A DNA stretch of 64,000 nucleotides from Candidatus Undinarchaeota archaeon (GCA_964519305.1 CAZFHY010000007.1:83427-147426); one strand, 5' to 3'; numbered from the stretch's first letter, positions 48,194-58,016 are shown. The notes: generated by a model from the letters alone, not told the origin. Numbers and translations: made by a program.

Positions 48194-48222
48194 AAGGGGG
48201 ACAGGGGAAGTCGAAAAAAGCA

Positions 48223-48516
48223 TCACATGCAATGTTTCTTCAACAGATCGTGGGAAAGTCCGACGTAGGTGTGCTCTCCCAGCTTCCTGATATCCACATG
48301 ATCGTGGTTCTTCAGCTTGAGAAGCTGGTCTTGCGTCACCTCCGTACCGAACTTCGATCTGTGGGCCGCCGAGAGTTTATCCAGAGTGATGAACTTGTAC
48401 ATCTCGTTCCGGGTCTTGGTGTAGACCCTAGCCCTAGAGAACGTTGAGTAAACCGCCCTCAGTCGCTTGATGAGGACCATTTCGTTTGGCATCTCCTTCA
48501 CGACCATTATCATCAC
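48223..48516 (-). CDS. Small basic hypothetical protein (possibly winged-helix-like)
   Basis: AGGTGA RBS and TATATATA upstream, terminator downstream; start may be one of several Met. Confidence 0.7.
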   Translation of the reverse strand: MMIMVVKEMPNEMVLIKRLRAVYSTFSRARVYTKTRNEMYKFITLDKLSAAHRSKFGTEVTQDQLLKLKNHDHVDIRKLGEHTYVGLSHDLLKKHCM

Positions 48517-48551
48517 CTGATGGAGCTGCGCCCGGGATGGGGTATATATAG

Positions 48552-48573
48552 TTTACCTTTCACCCGTAGTAAC
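48552..48573 (-). promoter_or_regulatory. Operator, copy 3 (degenerate)
   Basis: Minus strand GTTACTAC-GGGTGA-AAGGTAAA then CTATATATA; same geometry as copy 1. Confidence 0.5.
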
Positions 48574-48696
48574 ACAAAAAACGCAACAATATTCACTAAA
48601 AAGGGTAATAAATAAACCTGTAGAGGGCGAGATATTTCATTTACTCATAAAAAATGTAGAATATTAAACCCCGGAGGTAGCGAGAATAAACCTTTT

Positions 48697-49944
48697 CTAG
48701 GAGCGACGAGCTACTATGAACGAGTTCCTGCCCTTATCGACCTCTTCGAGATGCACGACCTCAGCCGGGAATTCATGTTCGATAATGGTTGCGAGTTCCT
48801 CTGCTGACCTGCAATGGAAAGCGAACACCCGATGATAGAAATCGTGGACCACAGCTTCCTTGATATTCTCTTTCTTTGATATGGCAGAGGGCACCTTCTT
48901 GGCAAGGAGGGAGTAATTGATAATCTTTGAATCGGTATCGACTGCATACTCGACACCATGGTGCTTTGAGAAGGAAACCCACTCATCAAAGCAACCCTGG
49001 CTGGAAGAGCAGATAATTAGGTGACCTCCGGGGCGGAGGACACGAAAGGCCTGCGTAAGGAAAGATCGGAGACCGTCGTCGGAGAAGTAAGGGACGAGCC
49101 GCTCCGACAAGACGATATCGAATGAGGCATCCTCAAAGTGCATCCTGCGAGCGTCGTCACGAAGGAGCTTGACCTTCTCGGTCTTTTTGTACCGTTTCTG
49201 GGCGGCCACGAGGAAAGCGTGGTAGATATCGATGACGTGGACATTCTCTGCAAAGAGCTGGGAACGATTGATCCATGTGGTGGTCGATGCTCCGGTCACC
49301 AGGATGTCGCGACAAGATGATACGAATGAGAATGCGAGCTGGGTCACTTCCTCGGATGGCCGGTAGTAGTCCGGAAGGTCCGACCAAACGGTCGCTATGT
49401 TATCCCAACCGGGTACGTTCGTCCTTTCCTTAGTAATCGATGAAACGTCACCAGCGTCTATCTTGAGAACGTCAGCAAGAATCCGGTCGACAGCAAGAGG
49501 GTATTCACCTTTGATGGGCTCGAACGCAGTGACCGTGGAGAATGACCGGAGATAGGGCTCGAGAGGGCCGAACACGTTCTGAGTGACGTTCTTCCCATAG
49601 GTCTTAGCGTCCTTGTCGCAAACGAGCATGATGATGTCGTACTCGCCAGATACCTTGTAGGCCGAATGGATGTAGGGGTTCTTCTTGATGGCCTCATGGA
49701 TCTTCTTCTCGTTCTTCTTGTATTCCTTTGTGATGGCCATGACGAAGGCGAAGAAGTTGTAACCACATCGTTCGGCGTCAACGTCCACAGTGAACTTCTT
49801 TATCTGGCCCTTGGACCGCATACGATGGATACGTTTCCAGACGGCCTGTCTTCCGATGCCGAGCTCCGATGCCATGGAGTCGAGCTTAGTCTTCCCATCG
49901 TCTTCGAGACGCTTGAGTATGCGGGCATCGGCCTCGTCGAACAT
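48697..49944 (-). CDS. Lrp/AsnC regulator fused to a class I SAM methyltransferase-like domain
   Basis: FDEADARILKRLEDDG..LG...VWKRI, VSGEYD; then DDARRMHFEDASFDIV, RVLRPGG. Confidence 0.88.
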   Translation of the reverse strand: MFDEADARILKRLEDDGKTKLDSMASELGIGRQAVWKRIHRMRSKGQIKKFTVDVDAERCGYNFFAFVMAITKEYKKNEKKIHEAIKKNPYIHSAYKVSGEYDIIMLVCDKDAKTYGKNVTQNVFGPLEPYLRSFSTVTAFEPIKGEYPLAVDRILADVLKIDAGDVSSITKERTNVPGWDNIATVWSDLPDYYRPSEEVTQLAFSFVSSCRDILVTGASTTTWINRSQLFAENVHVIDIYHAFLVAAQKRYKKTEKVKLLRDDARRMHFEDASFDIVLSERLVPYFSDDGLRSFLTQAFRVLRPGGHLIICSSSQGCFDEWVSFSKHHGVEYAVDTDSKIINYSLLAKKVPSAISKKENIKEAVVHDFYHRVFAFHCRSAEELATIIEHEFPAEVVHLEEVDKGRNSFIVARRS

Positions 49945-50085
49945 CGAGCTGGATGGTTTACACTGTAATTTATATTTCTAGTGGAGGGGCCGAAACAAGC
50001 TGAATCGGGTAGAAATATACACCAAATATTCGTAATTATCAATCCAAGGCAAAGGTTTTTCAAGCCGTTCCTATGTCCTCACGAT

Positions 50086-51576
50086 ATGGCTGACGACCGA
50101 CAGTTCACATTAAAGCTCGGAGAAGACTCACTTGCGCTCACGTTCGACGACGTTCTCCTTCTTCCCGGACGCTCAAAGGTCGAACCGTCAGCCGTGGGGA
50201 CCGTGACCCGTATTACGGAGCGTGTGACCTGTACGATACCTATCATATCAGCGGCGATGGATACCGTGACGGAAGCGAACATGGCCATCGCGATGGCACA
50301 GGCAGGAGGTCTGGGCGTGATCCACAAGAACATGCCTGTAAAGATCCAGGCCGAGATGGTCCAGCGTGCAAAAAGGCATGAATCGTTCATCATCAGGGAT
50401 GTGTTCACCATACCCCCGGATCTCTCGGCAGGGGAGGCCAAGCGGATAATGGACGAACGCGGTATAACGGGCATACCCGTTGTCGACGACGATGATCGCC
50501 TGATCGGGATCCTGACGCTCCGCGATCTAAGGTTCATTGATGAACCCTCATTATCGGTGTCCGAGCTCATGAGCAAGGCGGTCGTCACTGTCGATGATGA
50601 GATATCTATGGAAGGGGCTCGAAAGCTCCTGCAGGAGCACCGCATCGAGAAGCTGCCCATCATCGACGAAGAAAGACGGGTGACGGGGCTTATCACCGTC
50701 AAGGACCTTGAGAAACGGACGGAACATGCTCATGCGACCCGTGATGAGGATGGACACCTTGTCGTCGGCGCAGCGGTCGGTCCGTTCGACAAGGCACGCG
50801 CAAAGGCCCTGGACCGGGCAGGTGCGGATATAATCTTCATCGACTGTGCACATGCACACAACATGAACGTCGTCTCGTCCTTCAAGAAGATCAAGAAAGA
50901 GCTGGGATGCGAGGTCGTCATCGGCAATATCGCCACGGCCGAGGCAGCAGAGGACCTGATCGCCGCAGGGGCAAGAACGCTAAAGGTCGGTATCGGTGCA
51001 GGATCGATATGTACGACGCGGGTTGTCGCGGGCATCGGTGTCCCACAACTCCAGGCTATCGCGGCCGTCGCTGATGTGGCGGCGGAGAACGATGCGTTCG
51101 TCATAGCCGACGGCGGGATACGCTATTCAGGAGACATCGCAAAAGCACTTGCTGCCGGTGCTGACACCGTCATGCTCGGGAACATGCTAGCAGGGACCAA
51201 GGAATCCCCTGGTGACGAGGTCATCATCGGAGGGCGACGTTTCAAGAGGTACAGGGGGATGGGCTCTCTCGGGGCCATGAAGGTCTCAGCTGACCGATAC
51301 TTCCAGGACTCTTCAGTTAGCTCGAAGCTCGTACCCGAAGGTGTCGAAGGGGCTGTTCCGTTCAGAGGTCCCGTCAGTGATGTCATTTTCCAGCAGATGG
51401 GCGGTGTCAAGTCCGCGATGGGTTACGTAGGTGCTGCGACCATCGAGGAGATGAAGGCGGTCTCACGGTTCATCCGTATATCGCCCCATGGTAAGACAGA
51501 GAGCCACCCTCACGACATCCTGATCACAAACGAGGCGCCCAACTACTTCACGACCGATTCGGTCAGGCACGCGTGA
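50086..51576 (+). CDS. guaB: IMP dehydrogenase with CBS domains
   Basis: LTFDDVLLLP, SAAMDTVT, KVGIGAGSICTTR, IADGGI, YRGMGS, VPEGVEG. Confidence 0.98.
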   Translation: MADDRQFTLKLGEDSLALTFDDVLLLPGRSKVEPSAVGTVTRITERVTCTIPIISAAMDTVTEANMAIAMAQAGGLGVIHKNMPVKIQAEMVQRAKRHESFIIRDVFTIPPDLSAGEAKRIMDERGITGIPVVDDDDRLIGILTLRDLRFIDEPSLSVSELMSKAVVTVDDEISMEGARKLLQEHRIEKLPIIDEERRVTGLITVKDLEKRTEHAHATRDEDGHLVVGAAVGPFDKARAKALDRAGADIIFIDCAHAHNMNVVSSFKKIKKELGCEVVIGNIATAEAAEDLIAAGARTLKVGIGAGSICTTRVVAGIGVPQLQAIAAVADVAAENDAFVIADGGIRYSGDIAKALAAGADTVMLGNMLAGTKESPGDEVIIGGRRFKRYRGMGSLGAMKVSADRYFQDSSVSSKLVPEGVEGAVPFRGPVSDVIFQQMGGVKSAMGYVGAATIEEMKAVSRFIRISPHGKTESHPHDILITNEAPNYFTTDSVRHA

Positions 51577-51579
51577 GCC

Positions 51580-52206
51580 TTATCGGCACTCCGTGCATGG
51601 GACGTGGGACTGTGGTGGTGGTCCGTCCGGTAGTCCCTCAAGTGCAAGCTTGCGACACCTATCCTCTGATGCGAACGCCGACTTGAGCGTGATCAGATCA
51701 CATATGTCCGGATTGCGTACCAGAGCGGCCACTCGCATGAGACAGTAGTCACGCGAGTTGTACTCGTTCGATATTGGGACAAGAAGGCATAATGCATGGT
51801 CACCTGTCGCGAGTGCGAGGTTCAGATTGCACCTGTCGCGGGAGCTTGGTCCATGTTCTCGCACGATCTTAGTGCACACACGTGCGTCCCGTTTGAGCTC
51901 TGCGACCTTCACCAGACATGCATCATGGGACCATGCCCCCTCGACACGACGCATCCGCGTACAAGGGACCGTGCTGTTCTGGAATGAGGCGAGCTCGTAA
52001 AGACAGTTGTCGCGGGAGCCGGGTCCGTACGTAAGGTTCGATCTCTCGCATTCAGATAGACCGAGGGACAAGGGATCGTCAGGGATGGGCGGGGGCTCTG
52101 ATGATGTCTCGACAATACCGACGTCCGCGTCCGGTGCTTGATCGGTACAGCCGGTGAACAAGATGAGCATGACCAGGAGGACCGATGTGACCGGTCGTGG
52201 CTTCAT
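51580..52206 (-). CDS. Lipoprotein with about 29-aa two-Cys repeats
   Basis: Lipobox FTGC; repeats S(R/H/E)DxC...A......C..(I/M/V). Confidence 0.85.
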   Translation of the reverse strand: MKPRPVTSVLLVMLILFTGCTDQAPDADVGIVETSSEPPPIPDDPLSLGLSECERSNLTYGPGSRDNCLYELASFQNSTVPCTRMRRVEGAWSHDACLVKVAELKRDARVCTKIVREHGPSSRDRCNLNLALATGDHALCLLVPISNEYNSRDYCLMRVAALVRNPDICDLITLKSAFASEDRCRKLALEGLPDGPPPQSHVPCTECR

Positions 52207-52271
52207 CGTGACATGCTCCTGGAAACATATTTAATAAATGCTACCGAGCCGCCCGTCCAAGAGGTCATTAT

Positions 52272-53189
52272 ATGGTGAACAGCGAAACGGCCATACAGAA
52301 CCTGACTGAGAGCATCGCTGAACCAGTCGACCTGCTTACGAAGCTCCGCATGGAGCTCATCCACACCTACTATGGACCGTTCGTTCTCTCAGGAATCGTG
52401 CTAGCGCTGACCCTCATCGTCATCCGGTATGCGGGTAAGTTCCTGCGCTACCTCAGAACACGCCTGGATATGGACAATGTCATCATCGAGAGCTTTCTCT
52501 CGGATTACATCACCCGCGATGATTTCGACAAGGTCTACCGCTCCATTATCCAGCTGACCGAGCTGTCGATATTCTTCATAGGTTTCTCTGCTGTGATGGG
52601 TATTTTCCAGCTGACGTTCATCGGGGAGCTCTTCGACAAGCTCAATGTCTACCTTCTTCGGATAGTCCTGACCGTCACCATAATCATCTTCGGGATATTC
52701 ATGGGCGAGGTCTTACCGAACATCCTCCCGATATGGCTCATCATCCTTCCGATGCAGGCGATCGAGCGCCAATATAGGATAAAGCTCGATCTCATGAAGG
52801 TGACAGGATACCTCATACGAGGCATCGTCTATTTCCTGAGCATGCTCCTGATCGGTGCAATCCTGGGCGTGTCCGGCGATGCAATCGCGCTGGTGGTCTT
52901 TCTTGTCATCGCCTTCGGTATGGTGCTGTTCGTGTTCCTCATCAAGGACCAGCTCCCCAACGCATTTGCTGGGGTCTACCTCACGGCGACCGATTCGATA
53001 AACATCGGCGACACGATCGTACTCGACGACAATGTGAAAGGCGTCATCAAGAGCATATCACTGCTACATACAACGCTCGAGGGGAAGAAGGGCACATTGT
53101 ACATAATCCCGAACCGCTCTCTTACCAGCACGATAATCGCGGTCACTAAACGTTGTGACAGCGAAAAAGCAACGTGCAAAGAAGAGTGA
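52272..53189 (+). CDS. MscS family protein (short, archaeal type)
   Basis: Multiple TMs, KDQLPNAFAG, INIGDTI, GVIKSISLLHT, IPN. Confidence 0.85.
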   Translation: MVNSETAIQNLTESIAEPVDLLTKLRMELIHTYYGPFVLSGIVLALTLIVIRYAGKFLRYLRTRLDMDNVIIESFLSDYITRDDFDKVYRSIIQLTELSIFFIGFSAVMGIFQLTFIGELFDKLNVYLLRIVLTVTIIIFGIFMGEVLPNILPIWLIILPMQAIERQYRIKLDLMKVTGYLIRGIVYFLSMLLIGAILGVSGDAIALVVFLVIAFGMVLFVFLIKDQLPNAFAGVYLTATDSINIGDTIVLDDNVKGVIKSISLLHTTLEGKKGTLYIIPNRSLTSTIIAVTKRCDSEKATCKEE

Positions 53190-53196
53190 AGGGCGA

Positions 53197-54666
53197 TCAC
53201 TGGCCGAGCATTCGACGTCGAACCGTGTGATATATCCATGCCTCGGGCATCATTCCAAACGCGTCGTTCCGAAGCCTCCAGCGTGCGAAAGGACGATAGA
53301 GGGCTGCAAGTGACCTGAGCACCGGATCATCGATGAGGTTGGCGGTGTCGGCCAGGAAATTGGAGGCCACGTACGCTCGCTCGATCTCGAGCCTCTCACG
53401 GTGAGAGAGCCAGGTCATCCGTGCGATGATAGACATGACATCAGTTAGATACGAGCCCCATTCCTCGAGGGACTGTGGTTCGGGGAAGCCGGTGCTGCGA
53501 GCGAGTTTATGCATCTGCGTCCCAGGATAGACCGAAACAGGATTGAAACACGAAGTCGTTGCTCCAGGATTCTCATCGAGGATTCGTAATGCCAGTTCAA
53601 TCGTGCGTTGCCTATCAGCAGATGTTTCACCGATGAAACCGAGCATGAAGTTGAATGATGCTCCAAGCTCACGTCCGCGCAATCTCCTGTTGCACTCGAG
53701 CACTTGGTCGACAGTGATGTTCTTACCGATGAGGTCTAGCACGTGCTGGGAACCGGACTCCACACCGAAGAGCATCCCTCTTACCCCTGTGTTCTCCAAT
53801 AGGTCCAGATCATCATCCGTGAGTCCGTTCACAGCGTCGACCCGCACACCCGCAACGAGGTACTCCACGTCGTGACCCGAAGCGTCGAGACCCTTGAAGA
53901 TGTCGAGGAACCGTTTGAGGTCGGCCGCCATGTTCATGTCCACGAACTCCACGGCCTTCACACTGGGATAACGTTGCAGGAGGTCGGTAACATGGGATAC
54001 CGTTAGCTCAGCGCTCATTGACCGGGATCGCCCACAGAACATCGGACGATTGTAACAGAACACACATCCGTTGGGACAACCGCGCGAGCTCTCGAAGATC
54101 ACGGAGCCCCTTCCCCTGAATTGAGGGAGATAGTCATCCATCTCTATCAGATGATACGGCACGGGAAGCAGGTCGTTCATGTCCACTAGTCCGCGGTCCG
54201 GATTATGACGAATGGCTCCCTCATGACCCAGAGATACGCCGGGGACATCGATCTTCCCACCACCCTCAAGCGCATCGACGAGGGCCGGCAGGGTGGCCTC
54301 GCCCTCACCACGGATGACCATGTCCACGAGCGGATGCGCGAGCGTGATATCTGGAAGAGCGGTCGCATGCGGCCCGCCCCATATGACCGGGACCTCGCCT
54401 TCGTCCTTCACCACTTGTGAGGCTTCTAGCGCGAAAAGCAGCTGTCGACCGGTTATGGCCGTGAATCCGACCATTAATGGGTTCTTGGCGAGCTCCTGCC
54501 GCAGCCGTCCCTCCCAATCCTGATGCACACGCTGATCGATGATCACGATTTCACGGTCCTCGTGGAGATTCCGGCATGACGCTAGCAGGCCCAGCGGTAT
54601 CGCTGGACGCTCTTTCAGCGCTTCCATGAACTCAACTTTAGGCTGGACGAGCACTACGTCAGCCAT
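53197..54666 (-). CDS. B12-binding-domain radical SAM protein
   Basis: PLGLL, WGGPHAT, RGEGE, SRGCPNGCVFC, FGVESG, FMLGFIGET. Confidence 0.92.
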   Translation of the reverse strand: MADVVLVQPKVEFMEALKERPAIPLGLLASCRNLHEDREIVIIDQRVHQDWEGRLRQELAKNPLMVGFTAITGRQLLFALEASQVVKDEGEVPVIWGGPHATALPDITLAHPLVDMVIRGEGEATLPALVDALEGGGKIDVPGVSLGHEGAIRHNPDRGLVDMNDLLPVPYHLIEMDDYLPQFRGRGSVIFESSRGCPNGCVFCYNRPMFCGRSRSMSAELTVSHVTDLLQRYPSVKAVEFVDMNMAADLKRFLDIFKGLDASGHDVEYLVAGVRVDAVNGLTDDDLDLLENTGVRGMLFGVESGSQHVLDLIGKNITVDQVLECNRRLRGRELGASFNFMLGFIGETSADRQRTIELALRILDENPGATTSCFNPVSVYPGTQMHKLARSTGFPEPQSLEEWGSYLTDVMSIIARMTWLSHRERLEIERAYVASNFLADTANLIDDPVLRSLAALYRPFARWRLRNDAFGMMPEAWIYHTVRRRMLGQ

Positions 54667-54723
54667 GGTTGATGCTCACCTCGGTCAGGGCCGTCCGCAC
54701 ATTATCGTCCATCCAGGCAACCT

Positions 54724-55437
54724 TTATAGCTGCTCGCCTTCCGTACCGCAGCCGCTTTCGGCCGGATGGCCGATAGAGATAATATAGACAGGTTCATGTG
54801 GTGGTCCGATACCCAGGGCCTTTGCTATCCCTTTCTCTTCGAACGCTCCGATGGGAACAGCACCAAGCCCCAGTGCAACGGATGCCAGGAGGATGTTCTG
54901 TGATGCGTGGCCGACCTCTATGTAGATATACCGCATGCCACGTTCTCCATATCGGGAGGTCGTCTTCTCGTGGTCGGAGCATAATATGATATTTACGGCC
55001 GCGTCACGGACCCAGGGTTGATTGAGGGCCGAGGCCGAGAGTTCCCATCTAACGTCGCGCCGGGATAACTCCTCGAGATCCCCCGACTCCGGTCTGTAGC
55101 GGAGAACACTCTTAGGCGTAGCAGCGAAAACATCGAGCGGGAAGGTAGCTCCAGCGGAGGGAGATGCACGATAGCCTGTGACAGGACACGTGATTCCCTG
55201 CGCCGCCCAGCAGAGCGTCCGTACGTCATCCATTGAGACGTCCCCATCTGTGTACTTTCGAATGCTACGTCGCGCCTTTATCGTGGAAAACAGGTCGATG
55301 TCACTTTTAGGCACACCACGCTCATCCTTAACGAAGGACTTTGGTGGTTTGACCAGAGCAACAGTTGCAGCAAGGAGCACACCGCAGGAAAATCCGATGA
55401 GATCCCGTCGACCCATGATAGGTCGTACCGTTCCCAT
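54724..55437 (-). CDS. SagB/ThcOx family nitroreductase-fold protein
   Basis: RRSIRKY, WAAQG, PSAGATFPL, EVGHASQN, GLGAVPIGAF. Confidence 0.92.
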   Translation of the reverse strand: MGTVRPIMGRRDLIGFSCGVLLAATVALVKPPKSFVKDERGVPKSDIDLFSTIKARRSIRKYTDGDVSMDDVRTLCWAAQGITCPVTGYRASPSAGATFPLDVFAATPKSVLRYRPESGDLEELSRRDVRWELSASALNQPWVRDAAVNIILCSDHEKTTSRYGERGMRYIYIEVGHASQNILLASVALGLGAVPIGAFEEKGIAKALGIGPPHEPVYIISIGHPAESGCGTEGEQL

Positions 55438-55510
55438 GGTATTGGAATGATTCCCAATCCTTAAATCTCAATCTTCCGGAGTTCAGGATAACGACACTAT
55501 ACTATTCCTA

Positions 55511-55798
55511 TTAGCCTTTGTCCATCTTTACCCGGAGCTTCCCGCCCGGACTGAGAACAAGCCTGAATCCCCTGTCGAAATCTTCGTCCGCTTCCCGGTT
55601 AATGAAACCCTGTTTCTTTAACTGGGCGATGACCTTTGCGATCTCTGAGACGCTGATCTTGATCTTGGCGTTCTTGACAAGTCGAGAACGCATCTCATAG
55701 ACGATGCTAGACTCGTGTACCGATTTCCCTTCCTCTATGCTAGTGAAAATGAAATTAAGGATTTCATCTTCGGCTCTCCTTCGGATTTCTTGCTTCAT
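55511..55798 (-). CDS. Small winged-helix-like protein
   Basis: SVSEIAKVIAQLKKQGFI...LVLSPGG. Confidence 0.7.
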   Translation of the reverse strand: MKQEIRRRAEDEILNFIFTSIEEGKSVHESSIVYEMRSRLVKNAKIKISVSEIAKVIAQLKKQGFINREADEDFDRGFRLVLSPGGKLRVKMDKG

Positions 55799-55898
55799 TG
55801 ACTACCGGTCCGGATTTATATCCCGATGCATAAGTAGTTGCGCGTGGAGCATGCGCTATACTACCACGATTGAAGTTACGCATGGCCAAACGGTGCTA

Positions 55899-56882
55899 TC
55901 ATTCCGCTGAGAGCGCAAGCAGGAGCTCGCCGTTCGCCTTTGTGTTCCTCAGGATGGTCTTGATCGAGAAAAGGGCATCCTCGATCGGCTGCTGTAGCTC
56001 GGGTTCGAAGTAGTCCACTTTGGTATCGAACTCCTCGACCTCCTCATGGAGGGCATCGATATCCCGGATGGCATCGAGGATGAGCTCTTCCTTCTCCTTG
56101 TACATCGCGCGCATGATGTTCACATAATCCTCCGAGGCACGCTTGAGGTAGCACGCGATCGTCTGTGCATGTTCGGTCGAAAGTACGGTCCCGCCCAGGA
56201 ATACGTTGATCAGGCTCTCGAGCTCCTCAAGGATCTCTTTGAGGTTCTTGACCACTAGAGTGTATACGACCGCTTGTCCAAGTGTGATCTTGAGGCTAAT
56301 TGCGACGTCGGTGTACTTGGATGCAAGGATGAGCTTCTTGAGTAGAAGGAGGTAGAGCTTATCCGACTCATAGAAACCCGATAGTGCCCTGAACTCATCA
56401 GGGTTCGCGCTAGTAAGACCGGTGTTCAGACCGTCGAAGTAGTTGCGCGTCATGTTGTCGAGACGGGTGAGCAGCTTGGTCATTGGGACGGGTTGGCTCC
56501 CTATCATGTCCCGGATGACGATGCGCTTTGTACTGGTCTCGATGATCTCGGTCCCGGAGAACCTTCGGATGATATTCTTGGTGGCCTCGACTGTCTCCAA
56601 GGACATCGGGGTCGAAGAGAAGAGGACGATCTCGTCGGCGCCCGACAGGTACCGGGCGACGATGAGTTTCTCAAGGTCGATGATCTGGTAACGAGTGATA
56701 TCGATGACAGTCTCCTTGATCTGCTTCTGACCCACCGTAGCAGGTTTGACCAAGAGGGCGCCTGAGGGTGTCTCTTCAACAGAGACCGAAGATCCTTTTA
56801 GCAGGTTCGCCTTCTTCGTCCATGCTCGAGGTAGAGTGACGACGAGGCTTGATTTGCCGACCTGCATAACCTTGCGCTCCAT
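55899..56882 (-). CDS. phoU: AbrB/PhoU-family phosphate uptake regulator
   Basis: MERKVMQVGKSSLVVTLPRAW, YLSGADEI, GTEIIE. Confidence 0.88.
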   Translation of the reverse strand: MERKVMQVGKSSLVVTLPRAWTKKANLLKGSSVSVEETPSGALLVKPATVGQKQIKETVIDITRYQIIDLEKLIVARYLSGADEIVLFSSTPMSLETVEATKNIIRRFSGTEIIETSTKRIVIRDMIGSQPVPMTKLLTRLDNMTRNYFDGLNTGLTSANPDEFRALSGFYESDKLYLLLLKKLILASKYTDVAISLKITLGQAVVYTLVVKNLKEILEELESLINVFLGGTVLSTEHAQTIACYLKRASEDYVNIMRAMYKEKEELILDAIRDIDALHEEVEEFDTKVDYFEPELQQPIEDALFSIKTILRNTKANGELLLALSAE

Positions 56883-56988
56883 ACCTGAAAATAATTATTT
56901 TATCTCTTAAATAAGTATAGGTAGTTCACCGCCCAATAGGTTCTTATCAGTCTAGGTTATTCTTTCATAAAGCATTATCGATATCATA

Positions 56989-57639
56989 TTGTCAGTGGTT
57001 GGAACGCCGACTGGCCAGGCAGGTGGCAGGGCTGGATACGATCCCGCCTATTTCCAGAGTGTAGGTACCGATCAGGTCGCTCGTCGTAAGAGAGTGAGCG
57101 CAATCAATGGGCTGCTGACCGTTGTGATACTTGCAGTATCGGCCGTGCTCATCGTGTTCGCTGTGTTGGCCTATGTGGAACCCACGATCAGCCCCAGCAT
57201 CGAGAAGCATATCAAGACCACTCCGGACCAACCCGTGAACGTTGTACTTCTCACTGGATTCGATCCTTGCACCAGTGAGAACATTGAAGTGGATATCGTG
57301 AAGCGACAAGCGGGGAACGATATCACAGCTATACAGAAAGGGGGCGTGTACTGCATCATACACATATCGATACCCGCAGAACGTGTGCCCGAGGTCTCAA
57401 GCTCATGGTCCGTCCATTATGTAAGGACCATGGATGAACTGAAAGGAAGGAGCGGCGGAATGGGTATGTGGGGTGGAAGCTTCGTGCAATATCGCGACGA
57501 TATCCTAAAGGCAGGAGCAATATTGCTCTTTGTGCTCCTCATCCTTTGGTACATGCTAGAGACTATTATGGACAGGTTCCCCATCCTGCACGGTGTGGTC
57601 TATGGAAAGGGGAATGAACGGTACCCACGCCAAGGATAA
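56989..57639 (+). CDS. Two-TM membrane protein, hypothetical
   Basis: Two hydrophobic helices flanking a small domain. Confidence 0.7.
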   Translation: MSVVGTPTGQAGGRAGYDPAYFQSVGTDQVARRKRVSAINGLLTVVILAVSAVLIVFAVLAYVEPTISPSIEKHIKTTPDQPVNVVLLTGFDPCTSENIEVDIVKRQAGNDITAIQKGGVYCIIHISIPAERVPEVSSSWSVHYVRTMDELKGRSGGMGMWGGSFVQYRDDILKAGAILLFVLLILWYMLETIMDRFPILHGVVYGKGNERYPRQG

Positions 57640-57680
57640 GGGAACGATTACTAGCGATCGATCATAGATTATCGAACAGC

Positions 57681-58016
57681 TCAACCGAGTTTGTCTTCAA
57701 GAGAATTCAATCTTCCATCAAGCTCTATCAACCCACGTTCGAGCCTTTCCTCGAGCTCTTTAACATCCCCTGTATCAATGGGAGGGATATCTGTGGGTGT
57801 CGGTGTAGGTACGGGCGTGACACCACCATCAGTGTCGAGCATATATCCGATAGCGATGATCAATGCAATGAGCCCAAAGAGCATCATTATGTTCCGGCTG
57901 TCCTCGCTCATCGGCTTTGGGGGAGGTACATCATCCTTGTGGATGACATCGCGGAGCTCTTTCACCTCGAGCTCCTCTGGATCGATCTCAAGGATAGCCA
58001 TCATACCCACCTCCAT
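57681..58016 (-). CDS. Small membrane protein with PT linker and coiled coil
   Basis: TM helix, PVPTPTPT, acidic heptads; overlaps the end of the upstream giant gene. Confidence 0.75.
   Translation of the reverse strand: MEVGMMAILEIDPEELEVKELRDVIHKDDVPPPKPMSEDSRNIMMLFGLIALIIAIGYMLDTDGGVTPVPTPTPTDIPPIDTGDVKELEERLERGLIELDGRLNSLEDKLG

Noticed and set aside
48050-48700. Replication origin (AT-rich stretch, TTCTGGAAAC)
   Set aside because: Only one partial ORB-like match and no cdc6/orc1 nearby; promoters and terminators explain the region.
39246-50085. Long N-terminal extensions in the ORF track (starts 40139, 42026, 44765, 49981; also 11445, 20994)
   Set aside because: The extensions run through TATA boxes or neighbouring genes. 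RBS position and paralog/homolog alignment support the shorter starts.
54724-55437. Thiazole/oxazole RiPP cluster
   Set aside because: A lone SagB-type protein with no YcaO or precursor peptide; such genes are common stand-alone in archaea.
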